Of a stretch of DNA of 64,000 nt, positions 19,212-28,078 are shown in pieces (within the stretch, counting starts at the first letter, position 1; each line of letters starts with the position of its first letter). Source of the stretch: Promethearchaeia archaeon. Lineage in GTDB: Archaea; Asgardarchaeota; Lokiarchaeia; Sigyniarchaeales; SOKP01. The position numbers and the translations under genes were made by a program. The notes beneath the pieces are model-generated. The model saw nothing but the letters and a program-made list of their open reading frames with translations, was not told where the DNA came from and made no database searches. The stretch lies in contig JAHQWG010000028.1 of the NCBI GenBank assembly GCA_029856045.1, positions 128,001 to 192,000 of the forward strand, given 5' to 3'.

Positions 19212-21224
19212 TTGGATTCAAATAAACACCCCCAGAATCAAAACAATTCCGTTTATGATGCAGAAAGTATTAAGGTTTTAAAGGGACTAGAAGGAGTTAG
19301 AAAAAGACCTGCCATGTATATTGGTGATACTGGGGAAAATGGACTGCACCACCTTATTTTTGAAGTCATTGATAATTCAATAGATGAAAGTTTGGCAGGA
19401 TTTTGCGATAAAATTGATATTCTTATCAATTCTGATAATTCTGTTGAGATTAGAGACAATGGACGTGGAATTCCAATCGGAAAACACCCAGAATATGAGA
19501 AATACACTCCAGAAGTTATTCTTGAGCATTTACATGCAGGAGGTAAATTTGATAGTAAAGCATATAGGATATCAGGTGGCTTGCATGGAGTGGGGCTTTC
19601 TGTTGTGAGTGCACTAACTGAAAAATTGATTGTTGAAATAAAAAGAGAGGGAAAATTTTATAAACAAATATTTTCTAAAGGCTTAAGTGTTTCCGAACCT
19701 GAAATAATAAATTTACCAGAAAATGAAGTGAATATAACTGAAACCAAAATCTCATTCTATCCAGATAATGAAATATTTGATTTTAATCCCGAAGATGATA
19801 TATGGAATATTAATAAAATATCTAATCGCGTGAGAGAATTAGCTTTTCTTAGTCCCAACACAAAATTTTCAATCCTAAATGAAAATATTGAAGAACCCAT
19901 TGAATATTATTTTAAGGAGGGCTTGATAGATTTTGTATCTTTTCTTAATAAAAATAAGAAATTACTGATTCCAAGTCCAATTTATTTTAAAAAAGCTTTT
20001 GTTAAAAAAAAAGAATCTGGTACGGAAGAAATTTTAGTTGAAGTCGCTATGCAATATAATCAAAGTTATGGGACAAACATTTTAACTTTTGTAAATACAA
20101 TCAATACTATAGAAGGGGGTACTCACTTAACCGGATTTAAAGGTGCATTAACAAGGGTTATGAATTCATACCTTGAAAATGAACAATTTAAGAAATTTAA
20201 AGACGTGATATTATCAGGAGAAGATGTTAAAGAAGGATTAACAGCAATTCTCTCAATAATGTTGCCTGATCCACAATTTGAAAGCCAAACAAAGATAAAA
20301 CTAGGAAATCCTGAAGTAAGACAAATAGTTAGTAAGATTGTATCTAATGAATTAGAAAAATATTTGGAAGAAAATCCAGAGACTGCAAAATCAATAATTT
20401 ATAAAGCGTTGGAAGCAAAAAAAGCAAGGGATGCTGCTCAAAAAGCGAGATCGTTAATTCGTAGGAAGTCTGCTTTAGATTCAATTCGATTACCTGGTAA
20501 ACTTGCAGATTGCTCTTCAAGTGAATCAGAAAAATGCGAACTTTTTATTGTTGAGGGATCCTCGGCTGGTGGTTCGGCCAAACAAGGGCGTGATAGAGAA
20601 TTTCAAGCCATTTTACCTTTACGAGGGAAAATTCTAAATGTTGAAAAATCCCGAATTCATAAAATTCTTAATAATAACGAGATACAAGCAATGATTAAAA
20701 CTATTGACGCAGGAATTGAGGGTATAGATGATGAACCTTTCGATTTATCTAAACTTCGTTATCACAAAATTATTATTATGTGTGATGCAGACATCGATGG
20801 ATCTCATATTGAAACACTTTTATTAACTTTTTTCTTTAGATATATGCGCCCATTAATTGAAAAGGGACATCTTTACATTGCTTTACCTCCTTTATACAAA
20901 ATTAATTATAAAAAATTTGAAAAATATGCATTCAATGACAAAGAAAGGGATAATACAGTTAAGGATTTAATGGAAAAGTACAAAATAAAAATAGAAAACA
21001 AGGGATCTATAAAAATACAGCGGTATAAAGGTTTGGGAGAAATGAATCCTCAAGAGTTATATGAAACAACGATGAAAAAGGATAATCGATCACTTTTAAG
21101 AGTTAAAATTGAAGATTTCATTGAAACTGATCAAATTTTTTCTCAATTGATGGGAGATGAAGTCCAACCCAGAAAAAAATTTATTGTAGAGAAATATAAG
21201 GATGTAAAAGTCTTGGATATTTAA
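19212..21224 (+). CDS. gyrB: DNA gyrase subunit B
   Basis: EGVRKRPAMYIG, EVIDNSIDE, DNGRGIP, GGLHGVG, PGKLADC, VEGSSAGG, PLRGK, DADIDG, RYKGLGEM; TTG start. Confidence 0.97.
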   Translation: MDSNKHPQNQNNSVYDAESIKVLKGLEGVRKRPAMYIGDTGENGLHHLIFEVIDNSIDESLAGFCDKIDILINSDNSVEIRDNGRGIPIGKHPEYEKYTPEVILEHLHAGGKFDSKAYRISGGLHGVGLSVVSALTEKLIVEIKREGKFYKQIFSKGLSVSEPEIINLPENEVNITETKISFYPDNEIFDFNPEDDIWNINKISNRVRELAFLSPNTKFSILNENIEEPIEYYFKEGLIDFVSFLNKNKKLLIPSPIYFKKAFVKKKESGTEEILVEVAMQYNQSYGTNILTFVNTINTIEGGTHLTGFKGALTRVMNSYLENEQFKKFKDVILSGEDVKEGLTAILSIMLPDPQFESQTKIKLGNPEVRQIVSKIVSNELEKYLEENPETAKSIIYKALEAKKARDAAQKARSLIRRKSALDSIRLPGKLADCSSSESEKCELFIVEGSSAGGSAKQGRDREFQAILPLRGKILNVEKSRIHKILNNNEIQAMIKTIDAGIEGIDDEPFDLSKLRYHKIIIMCDADIDGSHIETLLLTFFFRYMRPLIEKGHLYIALPPLYKINYKKFEKYAFNDKERDNTVKDLMEKYKIKIENKGSIKIQRYKGLGEMNPQELYETTMKKDNRSLLRVKIEDFIETDQIFSQLMGDEVQPRKKFIVEKYKDVKVLDI

Positions 21225-21261
21225 TTTTATTTTTTTTATCACTAAAAATTAGAGTGAAATT

Positions 21262-23709
21262 ATGAGTTCAGAAAAAATTTTCGAAAAAAAAATTGGAATT
21301 GAGTTAGAGGAAAGATATATTGATTATGCAATGTCCGTGATTGTTGGGCGAGCTATTCCTGATGTTAGAGATGGATTAAAGCCGGTCCATAGACGAATAC
21401 TCTATACAATGTATAGAGACAATTTCCTTTATACTAGACCCTTTGTTAAAAGTGCTAAAATAGTTGGGTATGTGCTTGGTGATTATCATCCTCATGGAGA
21501 CCAAGCCATTTATAATTCATTGGTTCGATTAGCTCAAGATTTTTCGATAAGATATCCTCTGATTCAAGGTCATGGTAATTTTGGTTCTGTTGATGGTGAT
21601 CTACCCGCAGCGATGCGATATACAGAAGCAAGGTTAGCACAAATTTCAAATGAAATTTTTGAAGATATCACAAAAGAGACAGTAGAGTTTGTGGATAATT
21701 TTGATGGATCAAATAAAGAACCAAAAGTTTTACCTTCAAAATTTCCAACTTTATTAGTAAATGGAACGAGTGGAATTGCGGTTGGAATGTCGACTAATAT
21801 GGCGCCGCACAATTTAACCGAAATTTGCAATGGTATTATTGCGAAAATTGAAAAACCAGAAATTTCAATTACAGAACTCTCAAAAATTATCAAAGGTCCC
21901 GACTTCCCAACTGGAGGGATTATTATAAATCCCAAAAGCATATTACAATCATATAAAACGGGTCGAGGAAAATTAATAATAAGAGGAAAAATTTCTGTAG
22001 AAACCAATAAGAAAGATAAGACAGCAGTTGTAATAACAGAAATTCCTTATTTAGTAAATAAAACTTCTCTTATGCATTCAATTGCAAAACTCATTAGCAA
22101 TAAAGAGATGCCAGATATTAAAGCCTTAAGGGATGAGTCAGATCAAAAGGGTATGAGAATAGTTATTGAACTCTCCAAGGATGGAGAACCTAAACTTGTT
22201 GAAAATATTCTCTATAAAAAAACAAAACTCCAAGATTCATTTAATATAATTAATTTAACACTAATAAATAAAGGATTAAAACCCAAAATCCTAAATTTAC
22301 TTGAATTAATTAAAGAATATTTAAATCATAGAGAAAGAGTTATATACAAACGTTCTGTATTTAACCGAGATGAGGCTAAAAAGAAATTACATAAAATTGA
22401 AGGTTTATTAATTGCTCTCGATGATATTGATAACATCATTCAAATAATAAAAAGTTCTAAAGACGCAGCAGAAGCAAATAAAAAATTGATAACAAAATAT
22501 AGTCTAACCAAAATTCAATCTGAGGCAATTTTATCTATGAGACTTTCAAGGTTAACAAGCTTAGAAAGACAAAAACTGGTAGATGATAAAAAAGATTTAA
22601 TCATTAAGATAAAAGAACTTGAAGAAATTATTGCAGATGAAAAAATAAGATATAAAATTATAAAAAATGAGTTAATAGAATTATCCAAAAAGTTCGGTGA
22701 TAAACGTAGAACACAGATCATAGATTTATCTCATCAAAAAGAGATTAAACGACAAGATTTAATCAAGATTAAATCAAATATTGTTATACTTACTAGCAAT
22801 CAATATATTAAACGACTTCCGACAGAAGTTTATCAACGACAGCTACGGGGCGGTAAAGGGAAAAAAATTATGAAAATGGATGAAGAAGATTTCATACAAG
22901 ACATTTTCTCATGTGTCACACATGATTCTATCTTATTTTTTACTAGTAAGGGACGAATTTATTCCCTAAAGTGTTATAACCTTCCAAAACAATTAAGAAC
23001 ATCTAAAGGTCGCTCAATCATTAGATTACTAAACCTAAAAGAAAATGAAAAAATCGCCCATATGATTCCGATTAGCAAATTCTCAGAAGATGATAAACTT
23101 ATTTTTGTAACTAAAAATGGGTTAGTCAAGAAAACTTTATTAAAATATTTCTTAAAAATATCAAAAAGTGGAATAATTGCAATCAAAATCAGACCAGATG
23201 ATGAGTTGATAACAGTATTAAAACTCGAAGATGAAAATAAAGATATTTTTATTGGAACAAAAAATGGTTATGCCTCTAGATTTGCCGTTAAACAACTTAA
23301 AAATCTAGGAAGGACAGCAATGGGCGTGGGGGGTATAAAATTACGAGAAAATGATGAGGTAATCGGTGTTTTATTAACGGATGAGAAAACCAAAATTCTC
23401 ACTTTAACTAAAAAAGGATTAGGAAAATGTAGTTCGATTAAAGAATACAGAAAAACCTCAAGAAACGCAAAAGGAGTTATAAATATTCATTTTAAATCGA
23501 AGGATGATGAAGTAATCGCTATACAACGGGCTGCGGGGCAAGATCTATTAATAGGAACTAAAAAAGGACAAGTAGTAAGAATCCATTCTGATTCAATTAG
23601 AGTTAGCCACAGAGTCACACAAGGAGTTAAAGCAATGGATCTTTACGAGGATGATGAGGTCGTTACTATAGGAAAATGTACAGAAGTGGTAAACGACAGA
23701 TTAAAGTAA
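21262..23709 (+). CDS. gyrA: DNA gyrase subunit A
   Basis: DGLKPVHRR, YHPHGD, catalytic AAMRYTE, GyrA-box QLRGGKG, C-terminal beta-pinwheel repeats. Confidence 0.97.
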   Translation: MSSEKIFEKKIGIELEERYIDYAMSVIVGRAIPDVRDGLKPVHRRILYTMYRDNFLYTRPFVKSAKIVGYVLGDYHPHGDQAIYNSLVRLAQDFSIRYPLIQGHGNFGSVDGDLPAAMRYTEARLAQISNEIFEDITKETVEFVDNFDGSNKEPKVLPSKFPTLLVNGTSGIAVGMSTNMAPHNLTEICNGIIAKIEKPEISITELSKIIKGPDFPTGGIIINPKSILQSYKTGRGKLIIRGKISVETNKKDKTAVVITEIPYLVNKTSLMHSIAKLISNKEMPDIKALRDESDQKGMRIVIELSKDGEPKLVENILYKKTKLQDSFNIINLTLINKGLKPKILNLLELIKEYLNHRERVIYKRSVFNRDEAKKKLHKIEGLLIALDDIDNIIQIIKSSKDAAEANKKLITKYSLTKIQSEAILSMRLSRLTSLERQKLVDDKKDLIIKIKELEEIIADEKIRYKIIKNELIELSKKFGDKRRTQIIDLSHQKEIKRQDLIKIKSNIVILTSNQYIKRLPTEVYQRQLRGGKGKKIMKMDEEDFIQDIFSCVTHDSILFFTSKGRIYSLKCYNLPKQLRTSKGRSIIRLLNLKENEKIAHMIPISKFSEDDKLIFVTKNGLVKKTLLKYFLKISKSGIIAIKIRPDDELITVLKLEDENKDIFIGTKNGYASRFAVKQLKNLGRTAMGVGGIKLRENDEVIGVLLTDEKTKILTLTKKGLGKCSSIKEYRKTSRNAKGVINIHFKSKDDEVIAIQRAAGQDLLIGTKKGQVVRIHSDSIRVSHRVTQGVKAMDLYEDDEVVTIGKCTEVVNDRLK

Positions 23710-23774
23710 TAAATAATAGATTATTGGAAAAAATCCAAATATTAATTCAGTTTGAGATATTTAAAAAATTAAAA

Positions 23775-24329
23775 TTATAAATAACGAATTTCAGGTTCAA
23801 TTTTCTCCCTTGACAAAGTTAAAAACCCATATGAGTTAATATCCGTAAATTTCTTATCAGTTGGGGTTCCGGGATTAATGAAATATTGATTATCAACCTT
23901 CTCGGTTAATGGCTTGTGTATGTGTCCAAATAATATAATGTGATATTTTTCCAAATCAATATGTTTCTTTAAACGTCGAATCACCATATTAGGACCACCC
24001 CAACCATGTAATAATAAAATGTTATATCCATACGCAGTTAATTCTATGCGTTCAGGCAATTTAGAATTTATCTTCGAATCATCCATATTCCCCCTAATTC
24101 CAATAACTTTATCCCTTCCAAATATATCTTGCAAGCCTTCATACACGCTATAATCCGTAAAGTCACCCAAATGAAATACATAATCCACCTCCTTATCTAA
24201 AAAATCATCAATAATTACTTTAGGAATTTCTGCACATCGAGAAGGGATGTGAGTATCTGCTATCAAACCAATAAAAATTTCATCTTTACTATCATCAATC
24301 ATAAGAAGATACCCAACTTTTGGACTCAA
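23775..24329 (-). CDS. YfcE/MJ0936/Vps29-family metallophosphoesterase
   Basis: ADTHIP, HLGD, RGNMD, LHG, GHIH, INPGT motifs; probable ATG start near 24302. Confidence 0.9.
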   Translation of the reverse strand: MSPKVGYLLMIDDSKDEIFIGLIADTHIPSRCAEIPKVIIDDFLDKEVDYVFHLGDFTDYSVYEGLQDIFGRDKVIGIRGNMDDSKINSKLPERIELTAYGYNILLLHGWGGPNMVIRRLKKHIDLEKYHIILFGHIHKPLTEKVDNQYFINPGTPTDKKFTDINSYGFLTLSREKIEPEIRYL

Positions 24330-24478
24330 TTTTTGAGATATCTTATTAGTAGAAATTATTTAAATACTTTAAACAATATTAAATTAATATAATTTAATTA
24401 ACATTAATTTAAGAGAATTCTTATAAATTATATAACAATCTTTCTTTATCAAAATTAATAGAGGAAATTTATTTAATA

Positions 24479-24486
24479 GGAGAGGA
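24479..24486 (+). promoter_or_regulatory. Shine-Dalgarno-like GGAGAGGA ahead of the ATT start of the small GTPase
   Basis: GGAGAGGA followed by TTAAAT and in-frame ATT at 24493. Confidence 0.6.
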
Positions 24487-24492
24487 TTAAAT

Positions 24493-25113
24493 ATTCCAAG
24501 TCGTCGCGGAGATGGAACACTTGTATTCAAAGTTGTATTCTGGGGTCCCTCTTTAGGAGGGAAAACTACTGCTTTAGAATGGGTTTACAAGAAGGAGGGG
24601 CTTGCTTCAGGTGATATGCAGCAAATAGCTGACCCAACTGGAAGAACCCTCTTTTTTGACAGAGTTGTCGCTCGAGTAAGCAATGTAGTTTTTCAAGTAT
24701 ATACCGTTGCTGGCCAGAGACGCCATAAGTTCCAGAGACGAACGGTCCTCAAAGGAACTGACTGCATCCTCTTCTTTTGGGACAGTTTAATCGACCAGTG
24801 GGAAGAAAATATATGGAGTTTAAAAGAATTATTACAATTTTATGGAGATAAATTAATTTCTAAAAGTTTTTCTGACCCAGCGGAAGTTCCACTCGTTGTT
24901 TGTGCAAATAAACGTGATTTAGAAGATATTGTAGAGATAAATAAGATTCGCGAAGTTCTTGATAAAGCTAAGTTAAATCAAACGTTGGTCTATGAAACGA
25001 TCGCAATTACCGGAGTTAATGTGAAGCGAGGATTTGTTTATGCTGCACGCCAGGGGGTGCTAAATCATTATAAAAAACTTCAGGGCGAAGTGTCCGAGCA
25101 AGAGACTGCGTAA
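24493..25113 (+). CDS. MglA-like small GTPase (Ras superfamily); real start upstream of the called ORF, probably ATT
   Basis: In-frame extension reads IPSRRGDGTLVFKVVFWGPSLGGKTT (P-loop) before the called ATG at 24616; RTLFFD, TVAGQ, NKRD, ETIA motifs. Confidence 0.88.
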   Translation: MPSRRGDGTLVFKVVFWGPSLGGKTTALEWVYKKEGLASGDMQQIADPTGRTLFFDRVVARVSNVVFQVYTVAGQRRHKFQRRTVLKGTDCILFFWDSLIDQWEENIWSLKELLQFYGDKLISKSFSDPAEVPLVVCANKRDLEDIVEINKIREVLDKAKLNQTLVYETIAITGVNVKRGFVYAARQGVLNHYKKLQGEVSEQETA

Positions 25114-25139
25114 AATTTTAATTTTGTATTTGGGTTAAT

Positions 25140-27338
25140 TTAGATTATTTCTTGAACAATTTTATTTATTTCATCTAAAATATTGCTAATTTTTTCTTTT
25201 ACTTTTATTACGCTAATTTTTTCATCTTTTTGGATAATATCATTTACTTTTTCTTCTGATTTCATACCAATCTTTGATAATTTTTGATGATTAGAATTGT
25301 TGGGATCAAATTCAGGTATGGAGAAATCAAATGGTCGTTTATGAATATGGCGACTACTTTTTACAATCTTGATATTTTCACTAAGGATGGGTGCATTTAA
25401 AATACTTGTTAAATAATAGGCTTCTTCCTTGTAATTAGTTGAGAAATAATAATTTTCAGAACAAATAATGATTTTTTCTATCTCATTATTAATTACTGCA
25501 GATTTTATATTGGAACCGCTTGCGTTGTAAACTACTAGAAATTTTTTATTTGAATTTTGTTTGCTTAATTTATTCCAATAGTTTAGATTATCAAAAAGGG
25601 TGTTAATATTGCTTGTTCCTTTCTTGAATTTCTTGTAGGAATTATTAATTTTATTATAAAACTTTTCTCCGTAAGGAAGTTTTTCAAGGTATTTCTTAGA
25701 GAAATTTAATTTATCGTTAACAGGAAGAAAAATATTTCTTATTTTTTTTATGTAAAATGGAACGAGATCTTTATTCAAAAATGTTTTAAAATGAAAATTA
25801 TTTTCAATTAATTCTTCTTTAAAAAAATTTTTATTCCAAGGTGGTTTGGCTTGTTTTATTGAGTTTATATCAGGAGAAATTATTAAAATATTATCAGATT
25901 CCTGAACACCAACTATACAAAAATAAGTTAAAGCTCGAGGGACTAATGTAGCTCCTTGAAAGAATCTTTTTTTGTAATAGCTTGTTGAGAACTTTTTTAA
26001 TTTATGGTATTGCTCACTTGGAATAATAGATTTTGCACCTTGTTCGCTTATCTCAACAGAGAAATAATTGGTTTCTTTAATTAAATTCAAATTTTGGTCA
26101 AATATTTTTGCAGGAATTGGATATTTACTTTCAATTAAAGTTTTAGATATACTATTAATCTTATTTTGGGAATAATCAAATTTTGATTTGAGTATTATGA
26201 AATCCATATTAAAAAAAGTATATTTTTCAAAATCCCAGATTTCTAAATCATAGAAAAACTTGAAAGCTCGAAATTTTAAGCAGTGATCACCGGTTAAGAC
26301 GCTTTTAGTTAAGATTAAAAAAATAGTTCCATTATTTTTTAGAAATAATTTGGGGGTCTGGTAAAAAAATAATGAGGCTATCTCGATATGAGTAATATAT
26401 TGACTCTTAGGTTTTATTCCCAATCTATCTGCTAAATTTCTAAGATTAATTTGATATTTTTTATCATTTACATCTTTATATGTTAACCATGGAGGGTTTC
26501 CGATTATTAAATCAAATTTATTTTTAAAATCTTGATATGGAAATAGGAAATCATCTGTAGGATTTAATGGATCAAATCGATAAAAATTGACGGTAGGCAA
26601 AAAGTCCTCTAAAATATTATATATATCTTGAATATTTAAAAGGAAATTTGCAGTAGTTACTAAAATTGCTATTGGGTTTATGTCTAATCCGTAAATATTG
26701 TTTAAATTTTTTATTTTCTCTTTATTATTTAGGTCAGAATTTAGTATTATTTTTATTATTTCCATTAAAAACATACCTGAGCCACATGAACAATCAAGAA
26801 CTTTCATGCCTAATGAATAAGCATCTTCAATCATCAATATAGCTAGGTTTTTTGGAGTGAAATACTCTCCTTTTTCATGTCGAGCAGATTGATTAATCAT
26901 TTCTTGATAAATATGAAAAAATAAATCTTCATTTGAAATTTTATAATTCCCTATTTGATCTACGATTAAATTAGTAAATGAATCAGCATTGGAAAGCCAA
27001 TTGAATATCTCATTTATTTTTAAATGCTTTAATTTTTTATTAAATATTTCTTTTGTTTTATTTTTTTCTTGAATATTATGTAATTGTCTCTCTATGAAAT
27101 GTAAAATAATGGTCTTTACTAAATAATATAGATATGTATGGTTTAGGAATAGTTGGTGTGTTAGATTTTGTGATTTATATAATTTTTCAAAAGATTTCTT
27201 CCATTTGTTAAAATAAAAATCATAAGTTTTTCTTGATTTTCTTTTTGATTGATTTAAGTATTTAATTGAATTTTGAAAAAAAGCAGATTTATTTCCAAAC
27301 AATGTTGAGAGTTTTCTTGAATCTATAATAGAGTTCAT
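25140..27338 (-). CDS. N6-adenine DNA methyltransferase (type IIG/Eco57I-like MTase + TRD region)
   Basis: GEYFTP, motif I VLDCSCGSGMFL, GLDINP, motif IV IIGNPPW, C-terminal TRD-like region; no recognisable N-terminal nuclease motif. Confidence 0.88.
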   Translation of the reverse strand: MNSIIDSRKLSTLFGNKSAFFQNSIKYLNQSKRKSRKTYDFYFNKWKKSFEKLYKSQNLTHQLFLNHTYLYYLVKTIILHFIERQLHNIQEKNKTKEIFNKKLKHLKINEIFNWLSNADSFTNLIVDQIGNYKISNEDLFFHIYQEMINQSARHEKGEYFTPKNLAILMIEDAYSLGMKVLDCSCGSGMFLMEIIKIILNSDLNNKEKIKNLNNIYGLDINPIAILVTTANFLLNIQDIYNILEDFLPTVNFYRFDPLNPTDDFLFPYQDFKNKFDLIIGNPPWLTYKDVNDKKYQINLRNLADRLGIKPKSQYITHIEIASLFFYQTPKLFLKNNGTIFLILTKSVLTGDHCLKFRAFKFFYDLEIWDFEKYTFFNMDFIILKSKFDYSQNKINSISKTLIESKYPIPAKIFDQNLNLIKETNYFSVEISEQGAKSIIPSEQYHKLKKFSTSYYKKRFFQGATLVPRALTYFCIVGVQESDNILIISPDINSIKQAKPPWNKNFFKEELIENNFHFKTFLNKDLVPFYIKKIRNIFLPVNDKLNFSKKYLEKLPYGEKFYNKINNSYKKFKKGTSNINTLFDNLNYWNKLSKQNSNKKFLVVYNASGSNIKSAVINNEIEKIIICSENYYFSTNYKEEAYYLTSILNAPILSENIKIVKSSRHIHKRPFDFSIPEFDPNNSNHQKLSKIGMKSEEKVNDIIQKDEKISVIKVKEKISNILDEINKIVQEII

Positions 27339-27463
27339 AGTAGAATTGAATTAAAATTTGCTTTAATATATAAATAAATCTTGTTCCTAATAAAAACAGA
27401 TGAAATTATTAATTTAAATTTAGGAATTAAATGATATGTTTTAAAAATCTTTTTTTATGGGCA

Positions 27464-27994
27464 TTACCTCATAAAAGATGGAAGCATATTCGAGAAGATC
27501 TGTTCAATTCTCACTAATTTTTTTTTTTCTTTAACAAGAGTTCCTATTAAAATAGAATTAGTTAATTCTTTTTTTACCAAAGATGCTGCACTGAATACAA
27601 CTTCTTTTTCATTCATAACTAAGAGACATTTTACATTAGGGTTATTCACAATACTTACATTGGATTTTGTTTTTAAGTTATCGTAGTATTGTTGAAATTC
27701 TTGTGGGATAAATCTTCTGTCATTAATTATCATAAGTACAGGGATTCCCTTTTTAGCTACACTTAAAATATTTTCAGAATAGAAAGGTCCAATTTTTGGG
27801 GTTATTATTTTTAAACTAGATACAGTTGAGTTTATAACTGATAAAATTTTCTCATTTAGTGCTTCTTTTTTACCTTCAATTCCAGATGGAAAAAGATCAA
27901 TCAGACCGACAATGGAGATAATTTTTTGTTCGAGTTCATTTACCTTATCTCTTAATTTAGTATTTTCTAATCTTAATTGTGATATTCTATCCAT
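27464..27994 (-). CDS. Coiled-coil + degenerate PLD-superfamily (HKD-less) domain protein
   Basis: N-terminal coiled coil; LKIITPKI..SVAKKGIPVLMII..; NVKCLLVMNEKEVVFSAASL resembles HxKxxxxD...GSxNL without the catalytic H/K. Confidence 0.55.
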   Translation of the reverse strand: MDRISQLRLENTKLRDKVNELEQKIISIVGLIDLFPSGIEGKKEALNEKILSVINSTVSSLKIITPKIGPFYSENILSVAKKGIPVLMIINDRRFIPQEFQQYYDNLKTKSNVSIVNNPNVKCLLVMNEKEVVFSAASLVKKELTNSILIGTLVKEKKKLVRIEQIFSNMLPSFMR

Positions 27995-28078
27995 ACAAAT
28001 TTCCTTGTTTTTTATTTTATTTATTATGTTTTATTAATTTTGAATATTTAAATTATTTTTGTTTCTCTGGTTAACAAT

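Noticed and set aside
24616-25113. ORF-track start of the GTPase at ATG 24616
   Set aside because: It would omit the P-loop; the in-frame upstream sequence encodes it and aligns with the paralog
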